A DNA stretch of 64,000 nt from Candidatus Uhrbacteria bacterium (GCA_016187515.1 JACPJN010000007.1:228778-292777); one strand, 5' to 3'. Positions 28,245 to 36,737 are shown, counted from the first letter of the stretch. Notes: generated from the sequence alone by a model not told the origin. Numbers and translations: made by a program.

Positions 28245-29768
28245 TTAGCGCGCATACTCCACCACCCGCGTCTCCCGAATCACGTTAACCTTCACCTCGC
28301 CGGGATATTGCATCTCGGCTTCGATCCGTTTCGCCACATTTTTGGCTAACTCATAGGCCGACAGGTCGTCAATCTCCTGGGGCTTGACAAAGACCCGCAG
28401 CTCGCGGCCGGCCTGAATCGCGTAGGCATGTTCAACGCCGGGAAAGGCAGTGGCAATTTTTTCCAAATCCTCCAGGCGTTTGACATAGTCCTCGGCGGAT
28501 TCGCGCCGCGCGCCCGGCCTGGAACCGGAGATCGCGTCAGCCACTTTTACGATAATCCCTTCCAGCGTCTTCGGATTGTCTTCATGGTGGGCAATGGCCA
28601 TGTACGCGATATTTTCCGGAAAATTGAATTTCTTCATCAGCTCATAGCCCAAGTGCGTGTGCGCGCCTTTCATGTCCTGATCAATCGCTTTGCCGATATC
28701 ATGGAACAGTCCGCCTTTTTTACAAATGCTCACATCCGCGCCCAGCTCCTCGGCTAAAAGCGTGGCGAGATAGCCCACTTCGGTGGAATGCACTAGGACA
28801 TTTTGACCATAACTCGTGCGATATTTAAGGCGGCCCAGGATGGAGACCATCTTCGGATCAATTCCGGTAATCCCCATTTCATAAAGTACGTCGTCGCCGG
28901 CTTTACGAATGTCCAGCGCGAGTTCCTGGCGGGCTTCTTCCACTTTCTCTTCAATGCGCGCCGGATGAATCCGTCCATCCGCGATGAGTTTATCCAAAGC
29001 GCGCTTGGCCACTTGCCGGCGGATCGGCGAAAATCCGGAAACCGTCAAGGCATTCGGGGTCTCATCAATAATCACGTCAATTCCGGTCAACCGCTCCAGG
29101 GTCTTGATATTCCGGCCTTCTTTTCCAATAATGCGCCCTTTCATTTCATCGGAGGGCAGCGGCACGACGGTAGTGTTAATATCGGAGGCGTGGGAGGCCG
29201 CGATACGCTGGACCGCGGTGGCGACCATGGTCCGGGCTTGGCGATCCAGCTCTTCTTGAGTAGTCCCCTGCAGTTTGCGAATCCGGGTTATCAATTCTTC
29301 TTGGCTATCCTCTTCCACTTTCTTTAAAAGCTCGGCAACGGCTTGCTCGCGGGTCAGTCCGGCCACGGTTTGCAGCCGCTCGATCGCTTGCTGGCGCACT
29401 TGTTCGATCTGCGCTTTAACCCCCTCCACCTGCTTTAATTTTTCTTGCAGTTTTTCTTGCTTATCTTCAAGCTCCAGGAGTTTTTTATCAAACGTTCCCT
29501 CGCGGTCAACCAACCGCTGCTTCTCCACCCGCAACTCTTTGCGTACGGTCTCTTCTTCGGCCTTGGCTTTATCAATAATGACAATACTCTTCTCCCGGGC
29601 TTGAAGAAGAATCTCCTGCTCTTTGGACTTGGCCTCCGCGACGATTTTTTCGGCTTTGGCTTCGGCGCTATGCGCGAGCGTCGCGGCGCGGCTCTTGCGC
29701 AGATACCAGCCGATGGCGGCGCCGATGGCCAGCGCCCCGAGTGTCGAAAGAATGGTAATCAATGACAT
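28245..29768 (-). CDS. rny: ribonuclease Y
   Basis: ORF 28245..29804. Probable start MSLITILSTLGALAIG (N-terminal TM anchor) at 29768. Long coiled-coil, KH domain (GRIIGKEGRNIKTLE), HD domain (HSTEVGYLA...HDIGKA). Confidence 0.9.
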   Translation of the reverse strand: MSLITILSTLGALAIGAAIGWYLRKSRAATLAHSAEAKAEKIVAEAKSKEQEILLQAREKSIVIIDKAKAEEETVRKELRVEKQRLVDREGTFDKKLLELEDKQEKLQEKLKQVEGVKAQIEQVRQQAIERLQTVAGLTREQAVAELLKKVEEDSQEELITRIRKLQGTTQEELDRQARTMVATAVQRIAASHASDINTTVVPLPSDEMKGRIIGKEGRNIKTLERLTGIDVIIDETPNALTVSGFSPIRRQVAKRALDKLIADGRIHPARIEEKVEEARQELALDIRKAGDDVLYEMGITGIDPKMVSILGRLKYRTSYGQNVLVHSTEVGYLATLLAEELGADVSICKKGGLFHDIGKAIDQDMKGAHTHLGYELMKKFNFPENIAYMAIAHHEDNPKTLEGIIVKVADAISGSRPGARRESAEDYVKRLEDLEKIATAFPGVEHAYAIQAGRELRVFVKPQEIDDLSAYELAKNVAKRIEAEMQYPGEVKVNVIRETRVVEYAR

Positions 29769-29810
29769 AGGACTGGGAGGGACGGGATAGTATTGCAACA
29801 CCACAAGAAT

Positions 29811-29858
29811 CTCTCCCCCTTAGGATAAGGGGGAGCAAGAGGGGGTTACGAACCCTCA
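29811..29858. repeat. family P palindromic element in rny 5' region
   Basis: TCCCCCTTAGGATAAGGGGGAGCAAGAGGGGGTTACGAACCC, about 40 nt upstream of the rny start codon. Confidence 0.65.
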
Positions 29859-29990
29859 TGCGGTGTGCCTGCCCCGCACCGAGCTTGCTCTGGTGCTGGG
29901 TTGCGTAATACGTGTTACGTGAATCCATACTATTCCATCCAAATTTACCTGATTTAAGCTATGCTTCTATCCTACCATAGGCCAAAAAGC

Positions 29991-30025
29991 TTGACAAGAG
30001 TTGAAAAATATGCTAGTATAAAGGG
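29991..30025 (+). promoter_or_regulatory. putative sigma70-type promoter and strong SD for the GC-islet gene
   Basis: cTTGACAagagttgaaaaatatgcTAGTATaaa, followed at 30071-30088 by gggagAAAGGAGctggcaATG. Confidence 0.35.
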
Positions 30026-30088
30026 TCCCTTGACAATGGGTTCCCATACCCAAAAACCCCCGTTATATACGGGAGAAAGGAGCTGGCA

Positions 30089-31222
30089 ATGGAAAAGTGC
30101 ATACACGGAATGCGACCCGAGTTTTGCGCTCGCTGCCGGCCCCAAGACCCCCAAAAGAGTCAGCCGGGCAGCAGCGAACCATCTCGCGCCAAGGCAGGGA
30201 CTCTTGATCAGCAATATCGCGAACTTCTAGCTGAACGCCGGCGCGCCCAAGTTGTGGTGCGCAAGGATGCGCGCGCGGCTCTGGAAACCGGATACGTGAG
30301 GATCTGTACTCAGGGAGGAGGACGCCGCCATCACAGCTTCAACGACCTCGACGTGCGCACTCGGGTTGTGCACATCAATGGCTACCCGTTTCTGTGGGCA
30401 ATCGAGCTGATCCTGGAGCGGGCTCCCAACGTGAGTCGGATCGAGGTCATCCCGAGCATGCTCGCTAAACTCCAAGCTATGCAGAGCAGCAGGGCGTTGG
30501 CACTGTGTCGCGAGCGCGCAGTTGAACTGGTGGCGGGTCACGACCGCCCGGACACGGCCTGGGAAGGCAAGGAAAACCGCTCGCCTACCTACGACAAGCA
30601 GCGCGCTTTCCTCGTCGGCCTCGCCGGGACACAAAAGGCGCGCTGGGAAGAGTTGCTCGCCATGGAGTTCGAGGCCGCGCAGCTCACCGCGCGCTACTTC
30701 TGTCTCCGCGGAGAAGAATACCGTTCGCAGAGGATCTTGGGTGAGGACTACGGGATCGCTCAAAGCATGGACCATATGGTCTCGATGCGGATTACCGCGA
30801 TCCTGTACTACCTTGATCCGTCGTTCAAGATCAGTGCGCGATCCAAGCAGTTCGCGGGAATGATGGAACGACGCGCCGCTCGTTTGCGGCCATTTCTCAC
30901 CGATGCAAGGTTGCGGGAAAAACTTGCCACGCAGCTGGGCATCCCTGCCCTTCCCTCTGGCTTGCCACTCAGCAGGCTAGAGGTCTACGACGCCCTGCTT
31001 CAGGCCCGCCAGGACGGGCGACTGGACCGGCTCGCCAAGGACCACGAGAACGCTCACTGCGCGCTTGCGTTGCGCTTTGGCCTGGACAAGCTTGATGCCC
31101 CGGCGTATCTCACTCTGGAGGCAGTTGGTCAGCTCATGGGTGAGGGAGGAGTCACGCGTGAGCGGATCCGTCAGCTCGAAGAACGGGCGCTGGAGCTTCT
31201 CGGAATCCAGGAAGACGAATAG
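30089..31222 (+). CDS. GC-rich ORFan with N-terminal Cys cluster and C-terminal sigma-70 region 4-like HTH
   Basis: 377 aa. N-terminus MEKCIHGMRPEFCARC. C-terminus YLTLEAVGQLMGEGGVTRERIRQLEERALELLG closely matches sigma-70 region 4.2 (LTLEEVG..VTRERIRQIE.KAL.KL). No sigma region 2 recognisable. GC much higher than neighbours. Confidence 0.6.
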   Translation: MEKCIHGMRPEFCARCRPQDPQKSQPGSSEPSRAKAGTLDQQYRELLAERRRAQVVVRKDARAALETGYVRICTQGGGRRHHSFNDLDVRTRVVHINGYPFLWAIELILERAPNVSRIEVIPSMLAKLQAMQSSRALALCRERAVELVAGHDRPDTAWEGKENRSPTYDKQRAFLVGLAGTQKARWEELLAMEFEAAQLTARYFCLRGEEYRSQRILGEDYGIAQSMDHMVSMRITAILYYLDPSFKISARSKQFAGMMERRAARLRPFLTDARLREKLATQLGIPALPSGLPLSRLEVYDALLQARQDGRLDRLAKDHENAHCALALRFGLDKLDAPAYLTLEAVGQLMGEGGVTRERIRQLEERALELLGIQEDE

Positions 31223-31299
31223 CACCCTCCCAATGTCCCGCCGGTCATAACGGCGGGAAAGACGCCCTTCATCCACTGAAGGACGCTGCGAAAAACGCA

Positions 31300-31331
31300 G
31301 AGCCCCACGGCAACGTCGGGGCTCGTTTTTT
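31300..31331. terminator. bidirectional rho-independent terminator
   Basis: GAGCCCCacggcaacgtcGGGGCTC followed by TTTTTT on plus strand. Lies between convergent genes ending at 31222 (+) and 31338 (-). Confidence 0.6.
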
Positions 31332-31337
31332 AAAAAT

Positions 31338-31937
31338 TTATGGCAATTGGGCTAGGATTTTGCGCTTGAGGCGGGAGAATTGATGAGCGTTAAGGTTGAG
31401 CTCGGGTACTTCTATTGTCTTTTGCAATAATTCGCGCAGACGCTCCGTGTGCGAGGTCAAATTGTGGGCCTTAACGAGCTTCGCGTATAAGCTCCAATCA
31501 ATGCCGGTATTAAGCAATCCGATAATGTCCACGCGATCTTTCTCACCTTTTAAACTATGCCCACGATCGTGCCAGGCATGTTGCTTGAGAATAAGTAAGA
31601 CGGCTTTTCGCGGCAGAGTAAATCCTTCCACCTGCGCAGTATGTTTCTGCACCGTCTCAATCGGGAGTCCCAGATCGGAAAAATACGGGACATAAACATC
31701 CACATCAATTTCTTCAAGATGAATCTCGTATTTCTTTAGTCGATCGTTTTTAAAAAGCTCGTGTTCTTTGCGTAAGCGTTCCAACTCGCCATACGCTACA
31801 ATCACATCAATATCTTTTGATTTCAATTGTTTGGTATATAAATATACTGCCCATCCGCCAATTAAAATAAATTGATGCTGACGTTTGAGGTCTTGAAGCA
31901 TCCTCCAGCTTTTTTCAGTAATGAGCTCATGATACAT
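31338..31937 (-). CDS. minimal nucleotidyltransferase-fold protein (candidate toxin)
   Basis: 199 aa. FILIGGWAVYLYTKQLKSKDIDVIV fits the hG[GS]-x(9-13)-DhD Pol-beta-type NTase motif. Immediately downstream (4 nt) of an HTH protein gene. Confidence 0.45.
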   Translation of the reverse strand: MYHELITEKSWRMLQDLKRQHQFILIGGWAVYLYTKQLKSKDIDVIVAYGELERLRKEHELFKNDRLKKYEIHLEEIDVDVYVPYFSDLGLPIETVQKHTAQVEGFTLPRKAVLLILKQHAWHDRGHSLKGEKDRVDIIGLLNTGIDWSLYAKLVKAHNLTSHTERLRELLQKTIEVPELNLNAHQFSRLKRKILAQLP

Positions 31938-31940
31938 ATC

Positions 31941-32582
31941 TCACAGTTTCATTTTTTCTTTTAGCGCTTCGAGAAATTCTTTGGCATACCAATGCGGGGT
32001 ATTCCAGATATCCACGAAGGTTTGCGCGTCGGACGTCAGGTGCGGCTCCGGCGCGCCCAGAGCATCGGGTTTTAAGACCACCAGATTTTCATAGCCCCTG
32101 GTTTTCGGAAAACGCGCTCTGATCGCGTCCACATCAGGGGCATACACATACACCACGTCATAATCCGCCGGCGCGTCCTTGTAGCGCAGGCGATAGGCGC
32201 TGAAGGCCGCAAAGATCGCGCCGGGAACCATCGCCCCCTCGATTTTTTGTACGGATGCGTCAACGTGGGTGGCATAAAGAATGTCGCGCTTGAGGTTACG
32301 CTGCGTTGCCCAAAGATAAAGCAGTTTTTCCGGATCACGCAGGCGAAAAAATCGTCCGGTTACCTCCACCGCGCCGATCTTGCGCGGGATATCCAGGGCG
32401 TGGTGTACGGTGCTCAAAGAAAACCGAAAGCGCCGCGCCAGCTCTTTTTGCGTAAAGGTTGGCAACTTTTTTGGGCTGGCCGTGTCCAAAATATGGCGCC
32501 AAATTAGCTCTTTTTTGGTCATACCCGGTTTCGATTTCTTTACCCTATTTATAGCTTCATTTCTATTATAATCGAAACTCAA
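31941..32582 (-). CDS. winged-HTH DNA-binding protein (candidate antitoxin/regulator partner of the NTase)
   Basis: 213 aa. N-terminal TQKELARRFRFSLSTVHHAL helix-turn-helix. Gene order HTH then NTase mirrors AbiEi-AbiEii modules. Confidence 0.4.
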   Translation of the reverse strand: MSFDYNRNEAINRVKKSKPGMTKKELIWRHILDTASPKKLPTFTQKELARRFRFSLSTVHHALDIPRKIGAVEVTGRFFRLRDPEKLLYLWATQRNLKRDILYATHVDASVQKIEGAMVPGAIFAAFSAYRLRYKDAPADYDVVYVYAPDVDAIRARFPKTRGYENLVVLKPDALGAPEPHLTSDAQTFVDIWNTPHWYAKEFLEALKEKMKL

Positions 32583-32614
32583 TTTTTTGTCAACCCTGAC
32601 CCATCAGAGCCTGT

Positions 32615-35600
32615 TTACGCGCTATTTTTGCTCTTGCGCGTGATAAGAAACCAAGCCGCGCGGGTTCCGGAGACAAAGAGTTTCCGCCGGCGCAGCGCGG
32701 CCGCGGCCGCCACCGCGCCTCCTCCGGCCGCCGTGGCGGTAGTATAGGGAGAGGGTTCGGCGGTTGATGCTCCGTCTTTTTCTGTCTCCGCGCCAGTTGC
32801 GCCCAACAATTCATCTTTACTCAAAATCTCAATATCTTCGGTAAACCTGGGCATGAGTTGATACCCGTTTTTGGTCTGTCCTAAAATACCCGTAACCGCG
32901 ACTCTAAATCCCGGGACAAGCTCGGTCATCTTAATATCGGTCGTATTCTTTACCGCCACATAAACTTCCCCGGCCGCATCCTCCAAAGTAAATCCGGAGT
33001 TTTTTATATCAATAATCGTGCCTTCCATCTTAATTAACGCGGCCTCGGTTTCCTCACCAACTTCATCGCTTAAAACCTGGCGCGGAATTGGCGCTTTTCC
33101 TTTCTTAATAAATCCAACGTCTTCCTTATCTTTAACGCGAATCCGATACTCGCCGCCGGCCTGACCCAGTACGCCTTGAACGGTAACCACATCGCCAATC
33201 TCAAGCGCCGGAAACGCTTTTTTGCTGGAATAAACCTGCAAACCTGATTCCCGGCTTTGCCGAGGATCCTCGGTAGTAAAGCTACCGGGACCGAATAAAT
33301 AAAAAATCTGCGCGCCGAGCATTCCGGGCGGCGCGGAAACCACTCCTTGCACGCGGACTTTTGTACCCAGCTCAAGATCACGCACTTCGGAAAGCGGTAC
33401 TTCCTGCGCGGCGTAAGACCCCTCCTCCGCTCCGCGCGGGAGAGGAGGGGGTGAGGACGATTCAATCACATTTTTCGCGCCCGGTGTTAACTTCCCGGTC
33501 CATCCCCACTGACCGTTTTGCGTCCGCGCGTAACTGTGTCCCTCACGCGCTTCTTCATACTCCACACTATCGATCAGCCGACCGACCGGATCAAACAAGC
33601 GCACCGCGTCCGTTGTATTGTTGAGCGTAAGCCGCGTTTTTGATTTGGGGAAAAGCGCGTAGCTGTGCGGCGCGGCTTTAACCGCCTCAATCGTATGGGC
33701 CGGACTCCCGCCTTCGATGTCATCCAGTTTAAATCCGGCCAGATCCAATTCTTCAGCGCCATCCCAAAACAGTTCAAGCCATTCTCCCTCATCAGATCCC
33801 TCCGGATCAGGAATAAATTCCGAGATGAAAAGTTTATCTCGCACATCAGAAATCCCCTCACCCCCACCCTCTCCCGCAGGGGGCGAGGGAGTACGATTGG
33901 CTTCCTCCCCCTTGATGGGGGAGGATTGAGGAGGGGGTGGTAATTTTGTGTTATCTGTGTCGATTTTCTGTGATTCTTCAATCACGTTTCCCTGCCCTTT
34001 CGTCACCTTCGCCGTTACCGCAAAATCCTTCTGATCATTAGCGGTGTCTTGCCCGTCTACCCGTCGGGCAACCGAATGGGGGTCTTGAGCGGCTGGCGCG
34101 TTATCCGAAGGTATGCCATCCTCCCACACGCCATAGGCCACGCGATCCACTACTGCGTTTTTATCATTTTTTAGCCGAATGATGTCGCCCTTGTTGTTGA
34201 GATTGCCTTTGATTGTCTCCACCACCAAAAACATTCCGGGAACAATGGTGCCTTGCAATTTGGTCTTACTTTCCGCGCCTTCTTCTAAAAACCAACCTTG
34301 AAGATCAACCGCGACCTCGCCGGAGTTAAAAAGTTCAACCCACTCCTCGCCGTCTTCCGGATCAGACACGAATTCGTTGATCACTATTTCCGCGGAAGGA
34401 ATGTTCGATGGCGCGGATACAACATCTGTGCCTCCGCGAGTAACGGTTTCAGTAATAACTTTGATTGCGGTAATGGTATTGGCCGAACCCTTGGTTGGGG
34501 TAGATGAAACCGCAAAATCGACGTTATCTATTCCAGTATCCGCGCCATTGCTTTTGCGCGCCACCGCGTGTCCGGGAGTATCGGGCGCCGGGGCATTGTC
34601 GGAAATGTTTCCATCGTTCCAATCGCCATAAGCGGCTTTATCGAGAAGCAACCCCGCGGCCGACTTCAGTTCAATAACGTCGCCGCTATTGTTGAGCCGC
34701 GCGGACGAAACTTCAAAAACCAAAAAGCCGCGCGCCGAAATTGTGCCCGTAAGCGATTTTATGGAATTGCCGGTGCCGTCATAAATTCTCCACCCGGCCA
34801 AATCAATCGGGAGATTAGTATTGTTGTAAAGTTCAATCCACTCCACGCTGTCGGTCGGATTGGGAACAAACTCATTGATAACCACCTCTCCCGCGCCAAC
34901 CACCCCTTCCTCCCCTCCTGCCAAAGGAGGGGGAAGCGGATCGTTTTCCTCCCCTGCCGGAGGAGGGTCGCCTTCCTCGCTTTCTCCCCCTTCTGAAGGG
35001 GGAGATTCAGAGGGGGTCCCAAGCTCCGGCCGTACCGCACTTACGCTATTTCGCGGATCCGCGCTTGCCCGTAACACAAAATCCGCGACATTGTTATTGG
35101 TATCCGCGCCGTTACCTTCCGCGCCGCCCGGAAGACGCTCAATACTTTCGCCCGCGCCCGGATTTGCCGCGAAAACTGTCCCTTCCACAAAAGCGTTTGC
35201 CGCCGTACCCCAGCCGACCGCGTCAATGATCTCGCCGGTATTTTCCGGGCCGCGGCGAAGGGCGATCCCGTTGTCCGGAGCAATCGTGCCTACGGTGGTT
35301 TCATCCGGCGTAACCGCGATAGCCGTAAACCCGCTATTGGCCCAAAGATAATAGCCGTGGGATGGCACTAGCGCCGCTTCGGTCCAGGATTTCAGAGTAG
35401 TGTCGCTGGTGCCCGTGGCGGTTCGCTTCACCAGCCGTATCCCATTCAAATCTACGGCCGCGGCCGTGGGATTGTAAAGCTCCACAAAATCATTCGTAGT
35501 TTTTCCCGCCCCGCCGGTGATCTGCACTTGGGAAATTAGCAGTCCGGTACCATGCGCGGCCGAGGCAAGGTTCCCCAAATAAAAAAATCCCCCCACTACT

Positions 35601-35635
35601 ACTAAAAATATAGAAATCCTTCGGTAAAACACCAT
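32615..35635 (-). CDS. large cell-surface protein with four lamin-tail domains (LTD) and repeat-element-derived P/G/E-rich linkers
   Basis: ORF 32615..35788; probable start MVFYRRISIFLVVVGGFFYLGNLASA (signal/TM) at 35635, because the longer ORF would run through tRNA-Leu. Four repeats of the LTD pattern, e.g. INEFVPNPTDSVEWIELYNNTNLPIDLAGWRIYDG. Linkers PPSEGGESEEGDPPPAGEENDPLPPPLAGGEEG coincide with GC palindromic elements. Confidence 0.7.
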   Translation of the reverse strand: MVFYRRISIFLVVVGGFFYLGNLASAAHGTGLLISQVQITGGAGKTTNDFVELYNPTAAAVDLNGIRLVKRTATGTSDTTLKSWTEAALVPSHGYYLWANSGFTAIAVTPDETTVGTIAPDNGIALRRGPENTGEIIDAVGWGTAANAFVEGTVFAANPGAGESIERLPGGAEGNGADTNNNVADFVLRASADPRNSVSAVRPELGTPSESPPSEGGESEEGDPPPAGEENDPLPPPLAGGEEGVVGAGEVVINEFVPNPTDSVEWIELYNNTNLPIDLAGWRIYDGTGNSIKSLTGTISARGFLVFEVSSARLNNSGDVIELKSAAGLLLDKAAYGDWNDGNISDNAPAPDTPGHAVARKSNGADTGIDNVDFAVSSTPTKGSANTITAIKVITETVTRGGTDVVSAPSNIPSAEIVINEFVSDPEDGEEWVELFNSGEVAVDLQGWFLEEGAESKTKLQGTIVPGMFLVVETIKGNLNNKGDIIRLKNDKNAVVDRVAYGVWEDGIPSDNAPAAQDPHSVARRVDGQDTANDQKDFAVTAKVTKGQGNVIEESQKIDTDNTKLPPPPQSSPIKGEEANRTPSPPAGEGGGEGISDVRDKLFISEFIPDPEGSDEGEWLELFWDGAEELDLAGFKLDDIEGGSPAHTIEAVKAAPHSYALFPKSKTRLTLNNTTDAVRLFDPVGRLIDSVEYEEAREGHSYARTQNGQWGWTGKLTPGAKNVIESSSPPPLPRGAEEGSYAAQEVPLSEVRDLELGTKVRVQGVVSAPPGMLGAQIFYLFGPGSFTTEDPRQSRESGLQVYSSKKAFPALEIGDVVTVQGVLGQAGGEYRIRVKDKEDVGFIKKGKAPIPRQVLSDEVGEETEAALIKMEGTIIDIKNSGFTLEDAAGEVYVAVKNTTDIKMTELVPGFRVAVTGILGQTKNGYQLMPRFTEDIEILSKDELLGATGAETEKDGASTAEPSPYTTATAAGGGAVAAAAALRRRKLFVSGTRAAWFLITRKSKNSA
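33420..33460. repeat. family P-like palindrome inside LTD surface protein gene
   Basis: CCTCCTCCGCTCCGCGCGGGAGAGGAGGGGGTGAGGACGATTC. Encodes SSPPPLPRGAEEG. Confidence 0.55.
33853..33945. repeat. family P palindromic element inside LTD surface protein gene
   Basis: ...CTCCCCCTTGATGGGGGAGGATTGAGGAGGGGGTGG; the GATTGAGG tail is shared with the ugd copy. Confidence 0.7.
34902..35017. repeat. family P palindromic element (composite) inside LTD surface protein gene
   Basis: ...CCCCTTCTGAAGGGGGAGATTCAGAGGGGGTCCC; the AGATTCAGAGGGGGTCC tail is identical to the ahcY copy. Confidence 0.75.
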
Positions 35636-35728
35636 GGTATTGAAAAACTTTCGGTATTCTGCTATATTATAACATACGCGCCGCGGTGGTGAAATGGCAA
35701 ATTTACCCCGTAAGCTCTTGCCCAGATG

Positions 35729-35750
35729 GCGGAACTGGAATACACAGCCC
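35729..35750 (+). other. degenerate partial copy of tRNA-Leu 5' end
   Basis: GCCCAGATGGCGGAACTGGA versus tRNA 5' GCCGAGATGGCGGAATTGGC, 17/20 identical, lying about 30 nt upstream of the intact tRNA. Confidence 0.5.
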
Positions 35751-35760
35751 TCCAAAATTT

Positions 35761-35844
35761 GCCGAGATGGCGGAATTGGCAGACGCACTGGGTTTAGGAC
35801 CCAGCGATCGCAAGATCATGGGAGTTCAAATCTCCCTCTCGGCA
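35761..35844 (+). tRNA. tRNA-Leu (anticodon TAG)
   Basis: GCCGAGATGGCGGAATTGGCAGACGCACTGGGTTTAGGACCCAGCGATCGCAAGATCATGGGAGTTCAAATCTCCCTCTCGGCA. 7-bp acceptor stem, anticodon loop TTTAGGA, long variable arm, T-arm GGAGTTCAAATCTCC. No encoded CCA. Confidence 0.85.
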
Positions 35845-35910
35845 AATTTAGGCGGGCCAATATAACTTAAACAAACTTAATCTTGACAATCCCGGCTCCG
35901 GATGGTAGGT

Positions 35911-36120
35911 TTAAGGGGACTGTTGCGCAGTGCGCTTTCGTAGCGAAAGGTAAGAATTTCGAGCGAGCCGAAGCAAAAATTATGAAGCATATACGGAGTA
36001 TCTGTTGAGTAATTTTTGCAAAGGCGCAGCCGAAATTCTTACCTTGCAGTAGAAATTTGCAAAGGCGCAGCCGAAATTCTTACCTTGCAGTAGAAATGGC
36101 ACTGCGCAACAGTCCCCTAA
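35911..36120. mobile_element. MITE-like structured element: 19-bp perfect terminal inverted repeats (GGGGACTGTTGCGCAGTGC) enclosing two tandem 42-bp hairpin units
   Basis: TIRs at 35911-35929 and 36099-36120. Internal direct repeat TTGCAAAGGCGCAGCCGAAATTCTTACCTTGCAGTAGAAAT x2 (about 36011-36097); each unit is itself a hairpin. A third solo copy of TTTAAGGGACTGTTGCGCAGTGC lies at 40880-40903. Confidence 0.55.
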
Positions 36121-36145
36121 AGAACTAGGCAATCCCGCCTGGTTT

Positions 36146-36655
36146 ATGGAGGAAGTTATGCCGAAGCAGCGCCAGTCCGGTGCGCGAACCTTCAATCCTG
36201 CCGACGTCTTGAAAATTGCCAGGGAGGCCCTGCGTGATGTCTGCGGAGCCGCCGATACCGACGGCCGGGCCGGCGGATACTTTGGCCTGTTTCCCAAAGA
36301 CCGCTTCCGCCGAAACGGTTTTCCCGCGATTCTGGAGCCCATCGGGAGAATCAAGCCCGGAAAACGCGCCCTGGCCAAAAGGCGCGCGCAGGAAAAGCCC
36401 CGCCGCTTGAGCAGACACCCGGATCATGTGAGCAGCCACCAGAGCCGCGATGAAAAACGCGACCGTTGGGGCGGCGCGATCGCCGCCCAAGAATACTACT
36501 TGTCCTTTTCCGGCCTGCCGGAGCTGTGCGACGAAACGCTGTCCCTCATTGTCGCCCGCAAGCTTGGGCTGTTGACCGATAAGCAAGCCAGACGAATCGC
36601 CGGCATCAGCGGCAACCGGCTCTTCAGAGAATGGGCCGCTACCCATCGCGTCTGA
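36146..36655 (+). CDS. GC-rich hypothetical protein
   Basis: 169 aa; the start may be MPKQ at 36158, preceded by GGAGGAAG. High GC. Basic and Arg-rich. Followed by hairpin CTCCCCGCAGTACTGCGGGGAG (36661-36682) and a T-run. Confidence 0.45.
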   Translation: MEEVMPKQRQSGARTFNPADVLKIAREALRDVCGAADTDGRAGGYFGLFPKDRFRRNGFPAILEPIGRIKPGKRALAKRRAQEKPRRLSRHPDHVSSHQSRDEKRDRWGGAIAAQEYYLSFSGLPELCDETLSLIVARKLGLLTDKQARRIAGISGNRLFREWAATHRV

Positions 36656-36737
36656 ACCCACTCCCCGCAGTACTGCGGGGAGGTCGAAAAGGGTTCTCTT
36701 TTTTTACCGTACCACGGTATGATAGGATTCCACCCGT

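Noticed and set aside
28098-28349. 83-aa ORF encoding LTHLLTYSLTHLLTYS...
   Set aside because: Reading frame through the (CTTACTCA)x9 octamer repeat. It overlaps the rny C-terminus and is a product of the tandem repeat, not a gene.
32590-35283. Multiple 60-140-aa ORFs inside and antisense to the LTD surface protein gene (32590..32814, 33070..33465, 33574..33981, 34568..34996 and others)
   Set aside because: All lie within the single long 1006-aa frame, which has clear domain repeats. The internal ORFs are low-complexity or Arg-rich.
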